Virus record (IMG/VR): IMGVR_UViG_3300034283_002790
Coordinates: 123,385-187,384 of that record
From: a virus
Reading direction: 5' to 3' (one strand)
Length of the DNA: 64,000 nt
Under the pieces are notes generated by a model. The model made no database searches and was not told the DNA's origin. It saw nothing but the letters and a program-made list of their open reading frames with translations. Both the position numbers and the translations under genes were made by a program. Shown piece after piece: positions 44,241 through 54,208 of this stretch (position 1 is the first letter of the stretch; each line of letters opens with the position of its first letter).

Positions 44241-45716
44241 TTAATCAGAAACTCTTATTACAATATATGTCTCTCCGTCGACATTATATTCAAAATAATA
44301 ATTATCCAAAGAAAGAACATGATAGTCTTTATCTGCGGCATAATCTCTTGCCATATCATCAAATTCTAAAAAATATGACAAATCAGAATAACCCCAAAGG
44401 TCTCGATCTTTTAAAGTTTGGATGGGGTTGTCATCAATTTTGTCTAATTCCTGGTCAACTATATCAGACAAATCCGATTCATCGATTGGACCTTCCGGAT
44501 TAAGTTCTATTTCTTGAATTTCAGAATTTAATTTATCAATATGATATCCAATTAGATTAAGTCTTTTACTTCTGTCGTCATCTTCATAATATTCTATGTC
44601 TTTTAGATCCGGAGCAGGAATTTTATCAACTTCTGAATTATTAATATAAATTTTGAAGAATGGGTCAAAAACAACTTTGAATTTTATGTTATTTCCGTCA
44701 ATATATTCTAAACCTTTTTTGCCAAAATTTTCTAAAAGTTTTAATTCTGGTTTAGCACCTTTTGTAATTAATGATTCCTCGATTTCAAGAAAAAATATTT
44801 CATCATTTAATTCATCGATCCTTTGAAGTTGATATGGGTCGAGTTCATATTTCAATTCCCATTCCCCTGGGTATTCTCTTATTTCATCTTCAATTTGATC
44901 TCTTAAATTTTGTTTAATAGAATCCACATCTAAATAACGTAAAATTAATGATTCATCTAATGACATCAAATTATCTCTTAGGTAACCTTCCCAATACTCT
45001 TTAAGTTCATCATGAAATTCATCATCGGTCCCAACTTTATATTCTTCTCCGTAAAAATTTTTGTTTGTACACTTCACCGTAAGAATTGAATAAATTCCGG
45101 ACACAATCATAAAGTCATAAATGTCCCCCCCAACTGATAACGATATTTCTTTTAATTCTTGAGATAGTTCACGTATAAGTTCAGCGGATGGGTCTATCTG
45201 ATTTTTAAAAATTTTTCTGATTTCTTTTATTCTCAACTTTTGATCATCCGAATATTCCTTAAACTTTCCTGATGAAAGAAAATAGTTGTAAATTGCCGTC
45301 AATCCATTTAACTCATTTGTTTCGTAAAAATCATCTATTAACAAAGTATTATTTAACCTATTAATCGATGATGTTTCTTGTTCTTCTTGTGCTCTTTTTT
45401 CAAGCATTTTTTTTTGATATGGTGTATTTGAGTAATAAAAACCACCATCTATTTCGGTTCCATCAATGTTTTCTAATTCACTATCAGTTGCCATAAGTGA
45501 ACCTTCTATGTGAAGATCATTTAGTTTTTTTACTGGAAGTGATTGAATTCGTAAACTGCCGCTGATTATAATTTTTTTATTTTTGAAAGGTGCTAAGTTT
45601 TGGACAAAATCACTTCGATAGTTCATTGAACTTAGAATTGTAAGATACTGTTCAGGGCTGAGTATAACTTCTTCTTTTTCTTCTTTAAGTATTTTTTTAA
45701 AATTATAAAACATCAA
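44241..45716 (-). CDS. Large acidic protein, paralog of 13101..14525, with a KKILKEE leader-like start
   Basis: Alignable by eye over both termini; TATTTAT-like motif upstream near 45727-45733. Confidence 0.75.
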   Translation of the reverse strand: MMFYNFKKILKEEKEEVILSPEQYLTILSSMNYRSDFVQNLAPFKNKKIIISGSLRIQSLPVKKLNDLHIEGSLMATDSELENIDGTEIDGGFYYSNTPYQKKMLEKRAQEEQETSSINRLNNTLLIDDFYETNELNGLTAIYNYFLSSGKFKEYSDDQKLRIKEIRKIFKNQIDPSAELIRELSQELKEISLSVGGDIYDFMIVSGIYSILTVKCTNKNFYGEEYKVGTDDEFHDELKEYWEGYLRDNLMSLDESLILRYLDVDSIKQNLRDQIEDEIREYPGEWELKYELDPYQLQRIDELNDEIFFLEIEESLITKGAKPELKLLENFGKKGLEYIDGNNIKFKVVFDPFFKIYINNSEVDKIPAPDLKDIEYYEDDDRSKRLNLIGYHIDKLNSEIQEIELNPEGPIDESDLSDIVDQELDKIDDNPIQTLKDRDLWGYSDLSYFLEFDDMARDYAADKDYHVLSLDNYYFEYNVDGETYIVIRVSD

Positions 45717-45800
45717 ATTTTTTTATATAAATACTTTTTTCTTTACAATTATATTTTCAATGCGATATTTATGGTAAATAAACTAATAAAAAAAATTATC

Positions 45801-45953
45801 ATGGGTTGCGGATGTAAAAACAAAAACGGAGCATCAACAAATAATGTAGCAAGCACGCAACAACCTCAACAACAACAACCTCAACCAGTTGTACAAAATA
45901 CTTCGGTTCAGGAAAATGTTAAGAAGGTTGTTGAAAAATACTACAAAAAATAA
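45801..45953 (+). CDS. Small MGCGCK protein with a Gln-rich linker
   Basis: MGCGCKNK...QQPQQQQPQP; GATATTTAT upstream, strong terminator downstream. Confidence 0.7.
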   Translation: MGCGCKNKNGASTNNVASTQQPQQQQPQPVVQNTSVQENVKKVVEKYYKK

Positions 45954-45977
45954 TTGATGTTAAAGAAAGTCTTAACT

Positions 45978-46004
45978 AAAGGGTGAATTTTTCACCCTTT
46001 TTTT
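45978..46004 (+). terminator. Intrinsic terminator
   Basis: AAAGGGTGAA/TTCACCCTTT followed by a T tract. Confidence 0.85.
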
Positions 46005-46017
46005 GTATTTATTAATA

Positions 46018-47133
46018 ATGAATATAGAGCAATTAATTGAATATTTCAATGATGGGGAATATGAGACTTATATTAAACCCATTTTCGGATCTGTAAAAGA
46101 ATTTTTTAGATTTGTTGTTTCAAAAAATTTATTTCATTTAATAGAATTAAATGGGATTCCTAGTGAAAGTTTTGACGATGACATTTGGGAATTCTTGATT
46201 GATAATAATTTAATAGAAGAATCACAGTATGATGATGTTCCAGAAGAATTTAAAAACCATTTTTTATTATATGAATTGAGTCATAACTACGAATGGGCTA
46301 TGGAGTATATTACAAATAATCTTATTACTGATGTAGATAATAGACCTGACGGTTTTTATCTTCATTTAAGAGATAGAGAAGAATTAAAAATTCTTTTTTG
46401 TGAGGATCGAAATGGTGGGGCTAGATACGTTGCTGAAAAAGTTTTAAGTGAAGATGGTTTAGGTCATGATTGGTATTTCGATGACAGTGTTCATCCACAT
46501 CAAGTTGTTGATGAATTAGATGACTCAAACATTACAGCACTTAAAGATATTATTTTCAAAGAAATCGGAGATGTAGAATTATCTTCAGAGGATTATGACT
46601 CTGACTTTTTTTCTGAACTTTCTGAAGAACAAGGAACTGATGGTTATTTTAGAATAAGATCCGAAGACTTGAATGGTTTAGTTAGTGATGAAGACGCTTT
46701 TAATGAATTATGTAAAAATGATTTGGATGAGTTAGGTTCTAATTTAAAAAGTTTATATTGGTCAGCAGAAAATAGTGCTTATGAGGATGAGGTGTATGAT
46801 CTTGTCTATGATGGTTTAGACGAATACTTTGAAGGTAGAATTGATGATGTTCCAAGAGAGGTTACTAGAACTGACGGCTCTAAAATAACAAGATACGACA
46901 GTTACATTAAAATTAGGGATTTTCAAACCATAATTGAAACATTTTTAGAAAATAATAAAGGTGGTACTTACAATGATTCTTTTTTGGATTATTTTGGTAG
47001 TTTAACCGAATTAATGAAAGAAATGATATATCAGGATGATATTGAGTGTATTGATTTTAGAGTTCCTGAATATCCCGACTGGGACAGAACAGGAAAGAAT
47101 ATTAACGAATATTTCGATGATTATATTTATTAA
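46018..47133 (+). CDS. Acidic hypothetical protein, paralog of 47137..48111
   Basis: MNIEQLIEYFN against MNIDTLIEEFN; TATTTAT at 46006-46012. Confidence 0.75.
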   Translation: MNIEQLIEYFNDGEYETYIKPIFGSVKEFFRFVVSKNLFHLIELNGIPSESFDDDIWEFLIDNNLIEESQYDDVPEEFKNHFLLYELSHNYEWAMEYITNNLITDVDNRPDGFYLHLRDREELKILFCEDRNGGARYVAEKVLSEDGLGHDWYFDDSVHPHQVVDELDDSNITALKDIIFKEIGDVELSSEDYDSDFFSELSEEQGTDGYFRIRSEDLNGLVSDEDAFNELCKNDLDELGSNLKSLYWSAENSAYEDEVYDLVYDGLDEYFEGRIDDVPREVTRTDGSKITRYDSYIKIRDFQTIIETFLENNKGGTYNDSFLDYFGSLTELMKEMIYQDDIECIDFRVPEYPDWDRTGKNINEYFDDYIY

Positions 47134-47136
47134 ATA

Positions 47137-48111
47137 ATGAATATTGACACACTTATTGAAGAATTTAATGCCACTGAATATGACAAACTTTATTTAATTT
47201 TTAAAAATGTTGATAACTTTTTTAATTTTGTTGAGTCTAAGGGGAAACTTTCCAAAATTGGGTTATACCCTTTGTGGTTTTCTTTAAGTGATTATGAAGA
47301 GTACAAATTTAATAATTACTGTTTAAGAATTTTAGAACAAGCGGGGATTAATTATTTTGAGGAACATGTTTACGGTGTATTAGTTATTGGAGATGATGCT
47401 TATTTCAATATTTTTGGTGGTGATCTTAAAAAATTGATTGAATTTTTTCCTCATCAACCAGAATATGATTTTATTAAAAGTTTGTATGAAACTGAAGAAT
47501 TTTTGGATGAGGGTTCAATAAACTTCTTTTATGATGTTTATAAAAATTTGAATCAGGAAAACAAAAATTATTTCAAAAATTTTATTTTAGAATACTGGTC
47601 AGACGTAAATCTAGAGTTAGATGATTTTGTGATTAACACCGGAGAAATTGAGAATTACCTTACTCAAGATGAAAAAACATTTAGTATTTTAGATAACATT
47701 GACGAAATACTCAGAAATGAAAGTATTTTTACTGCAGTTCTTTTTACGGACGATTTTGTGGAAGTAGAATCAACCCTTTACAATTTATATAACGAGTCCT
47801 ATAGACTTGCTAGAAAACATAAAGGTGAAAAATTAATTTTATATTCTTTGAGAAATGTTTTTTATCCGAAGATATATCATTATCAAGGTGATGAATACCT
47901 CAAAATTAAAGATTTTTATTCTATTCTAGAAAATTATTTTAACTGTATGTCGGATTATAGAGAATCAATCTATAACGACAGTATGTTCGAAAACATAATA
48001 TTGAATTTAATATCCTACGGTTGTCTTCCAGAAATTGACTTTGACCCTGAAGAACCAGATTCAAAAGATATTTCAATAGTGATGAATGATTTATTTGACT
48101 CATATATTTAA
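47137..48111 (+). CDS. Acidic hypothetical protein (tandem paralog)
   Basis: Shared N-terminus and C-terminal IDF..PE.PD motif; TATTTAT at 47124-47130. Confidence 0.75.
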   Translation: MNIDTLIEEFNATEYDKLYLIFKNVDNFFNFVESKGKLSKIGLYPLWFSLSDYEEYKFNNYCLRILEQAGINYFEEHVYGVLVIGDDAYFNIFGGDLKKLIEFFPHQPEYDFIKSLYETEEFLDEGSINFFYDVYKNLNQENKNYFKNFILEYWSDVNLELDDFVINTGEIENYLTQDEKTFSILDNIDEILRNESIFTAVLFTDDFVEVESTLYNLYNESYRLARKHKGEKLILYSLRNVFYPKIYHYQGDEYLKIKDFYSILENYFNCMSDYRESIYNDSMFENIILNLISYGCLPEIDFDPEEPDSKDISIVMNDLFDSYI

Positions 48112-48161
48112 TTTACTATTTATCTATTCAAAAAAAAATCATATCAATTATAAAAAAAGAT

Positions 48162-48848
48162 ATGAAAAAATTTGAAAAAACTTCTCGTTATTATGTTGTA
48201 AATCTATTTGCCGATTTTATATTAACCAAAATTGGAATTGATTATTTATCCAAAATTGAGGTAATCGACTTTAATTCTTTTTTCTTAATAAATGGTGTGA
48301 CAAACTCAACAGTTAAATTAGACATGGGATCAGTTAGAGATGAATTTTGTGAAATTTTTTCAGAATATTTAGATTCTTATTTTGAAAAAACTTTTAATGT
48401 AGTTGATTTACTAAGTTATGATCAGAAAATAGAAGTAAATAATTTTTTCCAAGTACAAATAGAAAAACCAATTTATCAAGAATTTTGTTCAGATGGTTTT
48501 GATCTTTCATTTAAATCCTCTTTTCCTCATGGATTTAGTTATGACACTGGACGATTAATTTATTACTATTATTTGTATATTTTTAATCAAATATCTTCCA
48601 CCATAAATTCAAATCAAATGAAAATCGAACTTAAAAATAAAGAAGAAGACCTTGGATTGGAGATTCAAACAAAATCAATGTATGAAACCGACACCATAGA
48701 AAATTTAATATTGGATGTGTTTGATTTTGACCTAAAAGTATTTAGAGAAAAATTAGAAAATTACAATATACTTGAGGACATTATAAGTCCGGACGTAAAC
48801 AAACCTTATTTAGTTCAGGATCGTCTTGTGGATATTATTATTTTTTAA
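48162..48848 (+). CDS. Hypothetical protein (possibly a degenerate S-adenosylmethionine-synthetase-like fold)
   Basis: 228 aa ORF; VNLFADFIL...FPHGFSY.TGR only weakly suggestive. Confidence 0.55.
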   Translation: MKKFEKTSRYYVVNLFADFILTKIGIDYLSKIEVIDFNSFFLINGVTNSTVKLDMGSVRDEFCEIFSEYLDSYFEKTFNVVDLLSYDQKIEVNNFFQVQIEKPIYQEFCSDGFDLSFKSSFPHGFSYDTGRLIYYYYLYIFNQISSTINSNQMKIELKNKEEDLGLEIQTKSMYETDTIENLILDVFDFDLKVFREKLENYNILEDIISPDVNKPYLVQDRLVDIIIF

Positions 48849-49132
48849 TAGTTGAGGAAATCCTTAATGATTTGTACTCCATCCTGGATTTCATTGAAAT
48901 CTCTTTCTGGAGCAAAAAGATGAGTATTAGAATTTTCACTCTCATAATCCTCAATCAACATAAATGAAGGTACAAATTCATTACCAGTAGCGTCCACAAA
49001 CATTTGATACTCGTCTTCATGTTCATGAATATCTCTATCAACATAAGGAATATTTTCTTTATCCAACATTTCTTTCATCATGTGACAAAAAGGACAAGAT
49101 TTCATCGAAAAAATTACAACTAACTTATCCAT
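48845..49132 (-). CDS. Glutaredoxin
   Basis: CPFC motif, FVP. Confidence 0.9.
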   Translation of the reverse strand: MDKLVVIFSMKSCPFCHMMKEMLDKENIPYVDRDIHEHEDEYQMFVDATGNEFVPSFMLIEDYESENSNTHLFAPERDFNEIQDGVQIIKDFLNY

Positions 49133-49439
49133 TAATTAATTCTTTAACCATTTCGTTTATTTGACCCTCATTCAATAATCCAACTTTTGTTTCAACAATT
49201 TGTCCAGAATTGAAAACTTTAACGGTGGGTATACTTCTGATCCCTAAAGTTACCGCAATTTCACGGTTGTGATCGATGTTAAGTGTATACATTTGTACAT
49301 TTGATGTGTTTTCTTTCGATACTTTTTCAAATATTGGTTTCATCATACGACAAGGTCCACACCACTCGGCCCAAAATTCAACAATAACTTTTTCACCTTT
49401 ATTGATTTTTTGTTGTAAATCTACACTACTAATTTCCAT
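49125..49439 (-). CDS. trxA: Thioredoxin
   Basis: FWAEWCGPCRMM, IRSIPT. Confidence 0.93.
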   Translation of the reverse strand: MEISSVDLQQKINKGEKVIVEFWAEWCGPCRMMKPIFEKVSKENTSNVQMYTLNIDHNREIAVTLGIRSIPTVKVFNSGQIVETKVGLLNEGQINEMVKELING

Positions 49440-49815
49440 TTTTTTTCATTTTTTTTAGGTTTAACAAAAAGAACTGTACATCATTCTTTTTTTCGATGGG
49501 AAAATATATCCTACAAAAAAAAGATTTTATTACAATTTCTGATCTACATAAATATATAAATATATTATCGTCGAAAGTAAATATTGATTCTAAATAACAG
49601 ATTTCACCTTGATTTTCTAAACTAGAGATCATGAAGGGTTTAAATTTTGATTTACCCTCTAAATCCTGAGGGGTTAATCCAATATCAGTGGATAACTCAA
49701 TATAAGAATACAAATAATCTTTTTCGTGAGTTAACAAATCCAGTAAACGTTCTTCTTGTTTGAATTTTTCCATATTATAAAGGGGGACCAACCGATCCCC
49801 CTGATTAAGAATCAA
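49429..49815 (-). CDS. Hypothetical protein (likely start MEKFKQ)
   Basis: ORF track. Confidence 0.55.
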   Translation of the reverse strand: MILNQGDRLVPLYNMEKFKQEERLLDLLTHEKDYLYSYIELSTDIGLTPQDLEGKSKFKPFMISSLENQGEICYLESIFTFDDNIFIYLCRSEIVIKSFFCRIYFPIEKKNDVQFFLLNLKKMKKNGN

Positions 49816-49825
49816 TTTATAAATA

Positions 49826-50584
49826 TCAAAGAATTAATTCTGCCGCTTCCCACAATTTTGTGTTTATAGAATTACTCGCAACGATGTTATTGATTTCTCT
49901 TGCAGATCTGACCTTTCCTTTAGGTGAAGAATAAGACACACCACCTCGAATCATTTTTTCTTGTACTACATTAAAAACTTTCCATAAATCATCTCCTTGA
50001 TCTTCAATTCTACGTGGTTGTAAAATCTCTTCATGACTGATATTCAATGGTATCAATCCATTAGACCATCGGATTTTAATCGCCTCTTCAACAAAATTAA
50101 TTTTCTCTTGATCGGTTAAAACTTTTTCCATCATGCGTCCAACAGAATTTTCAATCATTGGGAGTTTTTTTGAGAAAGAATCTGCGAGTTGTTTAACATC
50201 ATCAAAAGAAAAACTTTTGTGTCTCAATGTAAATCTTTCTCCAACGCTTGTTGGTACAGTAAGACCATTAGAGCAGACTAACCGGAACAGTCCGGCACCC
50301 ATAGAAAAAGAACAAGTACCATTGTGAGAGTTACGGACAACCGCTTCAAGTAACGAATCTCCAACTTTGGGTAATTGACTATTCCTGAATTTAATTTCAT
50401 GAATTGAGTGTAAACCTTTACCGGATTGACGAACTGATCCAACTTTCCAACCTTCTCTATCGAAGTATTCTAAAATTTGATCTGTGGGTACGAAAGTATA
50501 CCTATTTGTCATTTTATTTGACGGGGATGATGCAAAAACTGCGGGAGCCAAACTTTTGATAGTTTCTTTTGAATAAACGTTCAT
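49826..50584 (-). CDS. DUF932/DUF945 family phage-plasmid protein
   Basis: RYTFVPT...VRNSHNGTCSF...GLFRLVCSNGL...DLWKVFNVVQE; host-type promoter at 50612-50643 (N20). Confidence 0.88.
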   Translation of the reverse strand: MNVYSKETIKSLAPAVFASSPSNKMTNRYTFVPTDQILEYFDREGWKVGSVRQSGKGLHSIHEIKFRNSQLPKVGDSLLEAVVRNSHNGTCSFSMGAGLFRLVCSNGLTVPTSVGERFTLRHKSFSFDDVKQLADSFSKKLPMIENSVGRMMEKVLTDQEKINFVEEAIKIRWSNGLIPLNISHEEILQPRRIEDQGDDLWKVFNVVQEKMIRGGVSYSSPKGKVRSAREINNIVASNSINTKLWEAAELIL

Positions 50585-50645
50585 AAAATAAATAATTAAT
50601 TAATAATGATACAAAGGTAAAAAATAATTTTTAATAAACCAAAAT

Positions 50646-51101
50646 TTATTGAGGATAATTATCTTCATGTGTAAAACCAGACGAATCTACTTCTGGTCCG
50701 TTGTCGATTAATACCTCAACTTTAATCTCACCATCAACAAATCTAGATACAGAACAAAATTCAAGTTCAACGTCTTCTTGAATACTTTCTTTAAACTCGT
50801 TATATTGTTCTTCATTTTCAAACACCCCACATTGAGTTGCAATTGAATGGTAAACTTTTAACCGGTAAGACCCAAAAGGATTTTTCAATTCCGAAACTTC
50901 CATAATAAGATTATCAAACTTATAGTTGTCAGTGCCATCTTTTGTTACAAGTTTACCCTCATTATCTCTTTTGTATGATTGTGAATAGTGATAACCACAA
51001 TTATTGCAGTTAATATATTCTTCACCTGTTTTATAATAAAAATCAGAAAATGCCTCTTGTTTACAATTTGGACATTCGATATAATCAATTACGCTTCCCA
51101 T
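50646..51101 (-). CDS. Zn-ribbon hypothetical protein
   Basis: CPNC...CNNCG. Confidence 0.65.
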   Translation of the reverse strand: MGSVIDYIECPNCKQEAFSDFYYKTGEEYINCNNCGYHYSQSYKRDNEGKLVTKDGTDNYKFDNLIMEVSELKNPFGSYRLKVYHSIATQCGVFENEEQYNEFKESIQEDVELEFCSVSRFVDGEIKVEVLIDNGPEVDSSGFTHEDNYPQ

Positions 51102-51102
51102 A

Positions 51103-51432
51103 TTATTTTGTTATTATATATTTTTTACCTTGTTTTTCTAACTTACCAACATAGTCGTTTTTATAATCAATTCCTGACCAAAAACCACTACCATCACTCC
51201 AAAGACCACGTTTATTATTTTTATAAACTTCTTCACCGAATGTAATATATTCGGGTTGATCGTGTTCAAGTAAAGATGCTGATCTTGTCATTTCACGTTT
51301 TTCTTGTACTGTGTAATTTCCAGACCAATCTTGTCTACACAAGAAAGTTGCTTCTCCAACTATAACCTCTTGTCCATCAAGAGTTGCCTTCTTATCTAAT
51401 TTTTTCTTATATGTGTATATGTAAGATCCCAT
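51103..51432 (-). CDS. Hypothetical protein
   Basis: 109 aa ORF. Confidence 0.65.
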   Translation of the reverse strand: MGSYIYTYKKKLDKKATLDGQEVIVGEATFLCRQDWSGNYTVQEKREMTRSASLLEHDQPEYITFGEEVYKNNKRGLWSDGSGFWSGIDYKNDYVGKLEKQGKKYIITK

Positions 51433-51446
51433 ATTTAAAAATTTTA

Positions 51447-51466
51447 TCCCCCCAATTAAGGGGGGA
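51447..51466. terminator. GC hairpin between genes
   Basis: TCCCCCC-AATTAA-GGGGGGA. Confidence 0.5.
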
Positions 51467-51478
51467 ATTATTAATTAA

Positions 51479-51937
51479 TTAATTTTGAGTAAACGCTTTA
51501 TCAGCCCAAGTTTTTGCCCCCATCCGGGTCCAAATATTCATGTCACACATATCAGGGAATGATTCTCTCATAGTCCCTACAGTTAATGTTTCCAAGAATC
51601 CTTTATCTATTGAAAACCACTTACCACCTTTAGTAGTATAAACATTCATCCAATGACCAAACTCATTTTTCATTTGGATGTTAACTAATGAGTTTTTATT
51701 ATATCCACTAATAACACTAGAAGGTCTTCCTTTAGTGTCGTGGATGTTAATAAATCCCGCCCTACATTTTCCTGCAATACGGAATTCATATTCTTGGTTC
51801 TGATATTTAAGATGATTAGTAACAAGTACCTTATGTACCTTGTTTTTAACGATTGTACTAAAAGATCCGTAGAATACGTCACCAGCCATAGTTCCTTCAT
51901 TAACTGTGATAATTGTGTTGGTTTTTGTAGTTGTCAT
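51479..51937 (-). CDS. Hypothetical early protein
   Basis: 152 aa; host-type promoter at 51964-51994 (TTTG, N19, TACCTTTG). Confidence 0.7.
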   Translation of the reverse strand: MTTTKTNTIITVNEGTMAGDVFYGSFSTIVKNKVHKVLVTNHLKYQNQEYEFRIAGKCRAGFINIHDTKGRPSSVISGYNKNSLVNIQMKNEFGHWMNVYTTKGGKWFSIDKGFLETLTVGTMRESFPDMCDMNIWTRMGAKTWADKAFTQN

Positions 51938-52015
51938 AATTGTTTATGTTTTTAATTACACTACAAAGGTAATACTATTTTTTAAACCGCCAAACAATTG
52001 ATAAAAAAAAAATAT

Positions 52016-52297
52016 TTAATTTAGATTTATGTCTCCCCACTTAGATTTTTGAATGTAAGTAATTGCTTCATTTTTAATCAGTTCGGGAATTTTTAATTCC
52101 AAAATAATTTCCATAATCTGTGTTTTGGTGATTACATGATCACCGTCAGTCTCGGAATTTTTCAAACACTGATCTTTAAGTTTTTGATAAAAAAGGTCTT
52201 TTTGTAAATTCCCAATCAGTTGTATTAAATCATTAGGATTTGACTCAAAAAAATTTATTAGTTGTGCTATATAAATTTCACAATCAATTTTTGACAT
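52016..52297 (-). CDS. Hypothetical protein
   Basis: 93 aa ORF. Confidence 0.6.
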   Translation of the reverse strand: MSKIDCEIYIAQLINFFESNPNDLIQLIGNLQKDLFYQKLKDQCLKNSETDGDHVITKTQIMEIILELKIPELIKNEAITYIQKSKWGDINLN

Positions 52298-52302
52298 AGT
52301 TA

Positions 52303-54168
52303 TTATTTTTTAACACTAAACTGACAATTTTTGGTCATTTCTTCTGGAAAATCAACCTCAACAAAACCTCCAGAACCTTTTTTGAGATATTTTTGAGCAC
52401 TTTGAGGGATTTCACATGTAGCATCTATATTGACGTACTGTAAACATGTACAATTGACAATCGAATCTGGTAACCTATTTAATTGGGGATTATCATTTAG
52501 ATTCAAAAAAGAAATATTTTCTAGTTGACCTAAACTTTCTGGTAATGATTTTATATAATTACTTGCGGTGAAAACTTGCAAAGACTTCAATCGTGAAAGT
52601 GATTCTGGGATATCGTAAGCAATTACTTGGTCTGTTGGGTTATTGAAAGCAAGGAAAGAAACATTTTCCGGAATGGTTTCAAAAAAATCTTCAAATTCGT
52701 AAAGTGCAATATATTTTGAAGCAACATCTTTAGGGTAAATTACTTGAATTACCCCTGTATCATTAGTTTGTCCCGGTAATTGTGATTTAAAGGTAGGTTT
52801 CAATTCATTTTTAACTGCTTCCATCATAGGTGTTTTCAGAAGTGCAATGTCTGCTTGAGATAAATCATTCAAACTTTTTCTTTTCAATTCGTCAAGTTTT
52901 CTACCAGAATAATATTTCAAAATCCCTTCTTTTGAATTATTTATCATATCCGGAGTTAAATCATAACCTAGAGAAACATATTTTCTTTGTAATTCTGTTG
53001 GTAAATTTTTAAATATCTCTGGTTTACTTGTTAGATCAGGGCTTCTGATTTCCATCCAAAGTTCAGCCTTATCAACCCCACCCAACTCTTCAACAGCATC
53101 TGAATTTACACTTACATTTTTATAATACCTCATAGTTTCTTGTTCATCATCACTCAATGGGTCCGCAACAAATAAATGTTCTTTGTCCGCAATTTTTGGT
53201 ATTTTAGAAGAAATAGTTGACCAAGACTCATTTCTATGACCGGAAAATCCTCCAGACATATTTTTTCCATCCGCCAATCTTTTTTGTCCATAAGGTGTGA
53301 CTAAAATTACTGATGCAAAATCAACATCAGAGTAATCTTTATCTTTATCTATAACAAAGTAAATGGTAAGGTTATCTCCTAATCGATAGTTGTAATAAAG
53401 GTTCGAACCTCCTGTTCTAGAAATACACCATGGTCTACCGTGTGCAAGTCTGATACATTGTTCTTTTCCACTAGGTTTGAAAATTAATAAATTATCTTGG
53501 TCATATACTGTTTCAATGTCCTCGAAATCATCTTTTTTTCCCGTCGAAAGACTTATTCCCCCAAGTGAATCCACTACACCTTCAAGTTGGTTAAAATTCA
53601 TAAATAACAAATAAGGGGTATCTAGTGGTAATTGATCGTAATTATCTAAAAAGGTTCCTATATAAAATAATAACTGTTCTGGGGTTACTTCAGGATATTC
53701 ACTTTTGAATTTAGCGGTTGCCGCTTTGGTCAATAATGTTGTGAAATTCTTTCGAAGAAAATCCTCTAATTGTAAATAACTGTAAGACATAACATCTCTT
53801 TGATTACCTGGTATCAATGGAAAAATCTCATAAAACTTTTTAAGTGCTTTTTTAACAAGTTCTTTATCTACTTGTTTTGCATTTTCTTTTTGAAATTGAC
53901 CGAAGACTTTTTTTTCTTCTTTTTTCATCTCTTTTGTGAGAATCAAATTTTTAAGATCGGAGTAGTTGTATTTGGTAATATCTCTTTTATCTGCAGGTAA
54001 ACCATCCTTATATTTATCGAACGCTTGGATGATTTGTTTTTGAGTGTCAACAGGATCTTTGGTTTGGTTTTCAAACTTTTTGATCAATTGATCAATAACT
54101 TTTGGGGATAATGCTTCATTGACCATTTGGTTTTGAACCACTTTAGATAAAATATTTACTAATTTCAT
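52303..54168 (-). CDS. Multidomain protein: three helical repeats, PcfJ-like domain, C-terminal leucine-rich repeats
   Basis: IPESLSRLKSL...IKSLPESLGQLENISFLNLNDNPQLNRLPDSIVNCTCL; LIFKP...WCISR; TATTTAT at 54183-54189. Confidence 0.8.
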   Translation of the reverse strand: MKLVNILSKVVQNQMVNEALSPKVIDQLIKKFENQTKDPVDTQKQIIQAFDKYKDGLPADKRDITKYNYSDLKNLILTKEMKKEEKKVFGQFQKENAKQVDKELVKKALKKFYEIFPLIPGNQRDVMSYSYLQLEDFLRKNFTTLLTKAATAKFKSEYPEVTPEQLLFYIGTFLDNYDQLPLDTPYLLFMNFNQLEGVVDSLGGISLSTGKKDDFEDIETVYDQDNLLIFKPSGKEQCIRLAHGRPWCISRTGGSNLYYNYRLGDNLTIYFVIDKDKDYSDVDFASVILVTPYGQKRLADGKNMSGGFSGHRNESWSTISSKIPKIADKEHLFVADPLSDDEQETMRYYKNVSVNSDAVEELGGVDKAELWMEIRSPDLTSKPEIFKNLPTELQRKYVSLGYDLTPDMINNSKEGILKYYSGRKLDELKRKSLNDLSQADIALLKTPMMEAVKNELKPTFKSQLPGQTNDTGVIQVIYPKDVASKYIALYEFEDFFETIPENVSFLAFNNPTDQVIAYDIPESLSRLKSLQVFTASNYIKSLPESLGQLENISFLNLNDNPQLNRLPDSIVNCTCLQYVNIDATCEIPQSAQKYLKKGSGGFVEVDFPEEMTKNCQFSVKK

Positions 54169-54208
54169 TTTTGTTTTTTTTTATAAATATTACAATCAGT
54201 GGAAAGTA

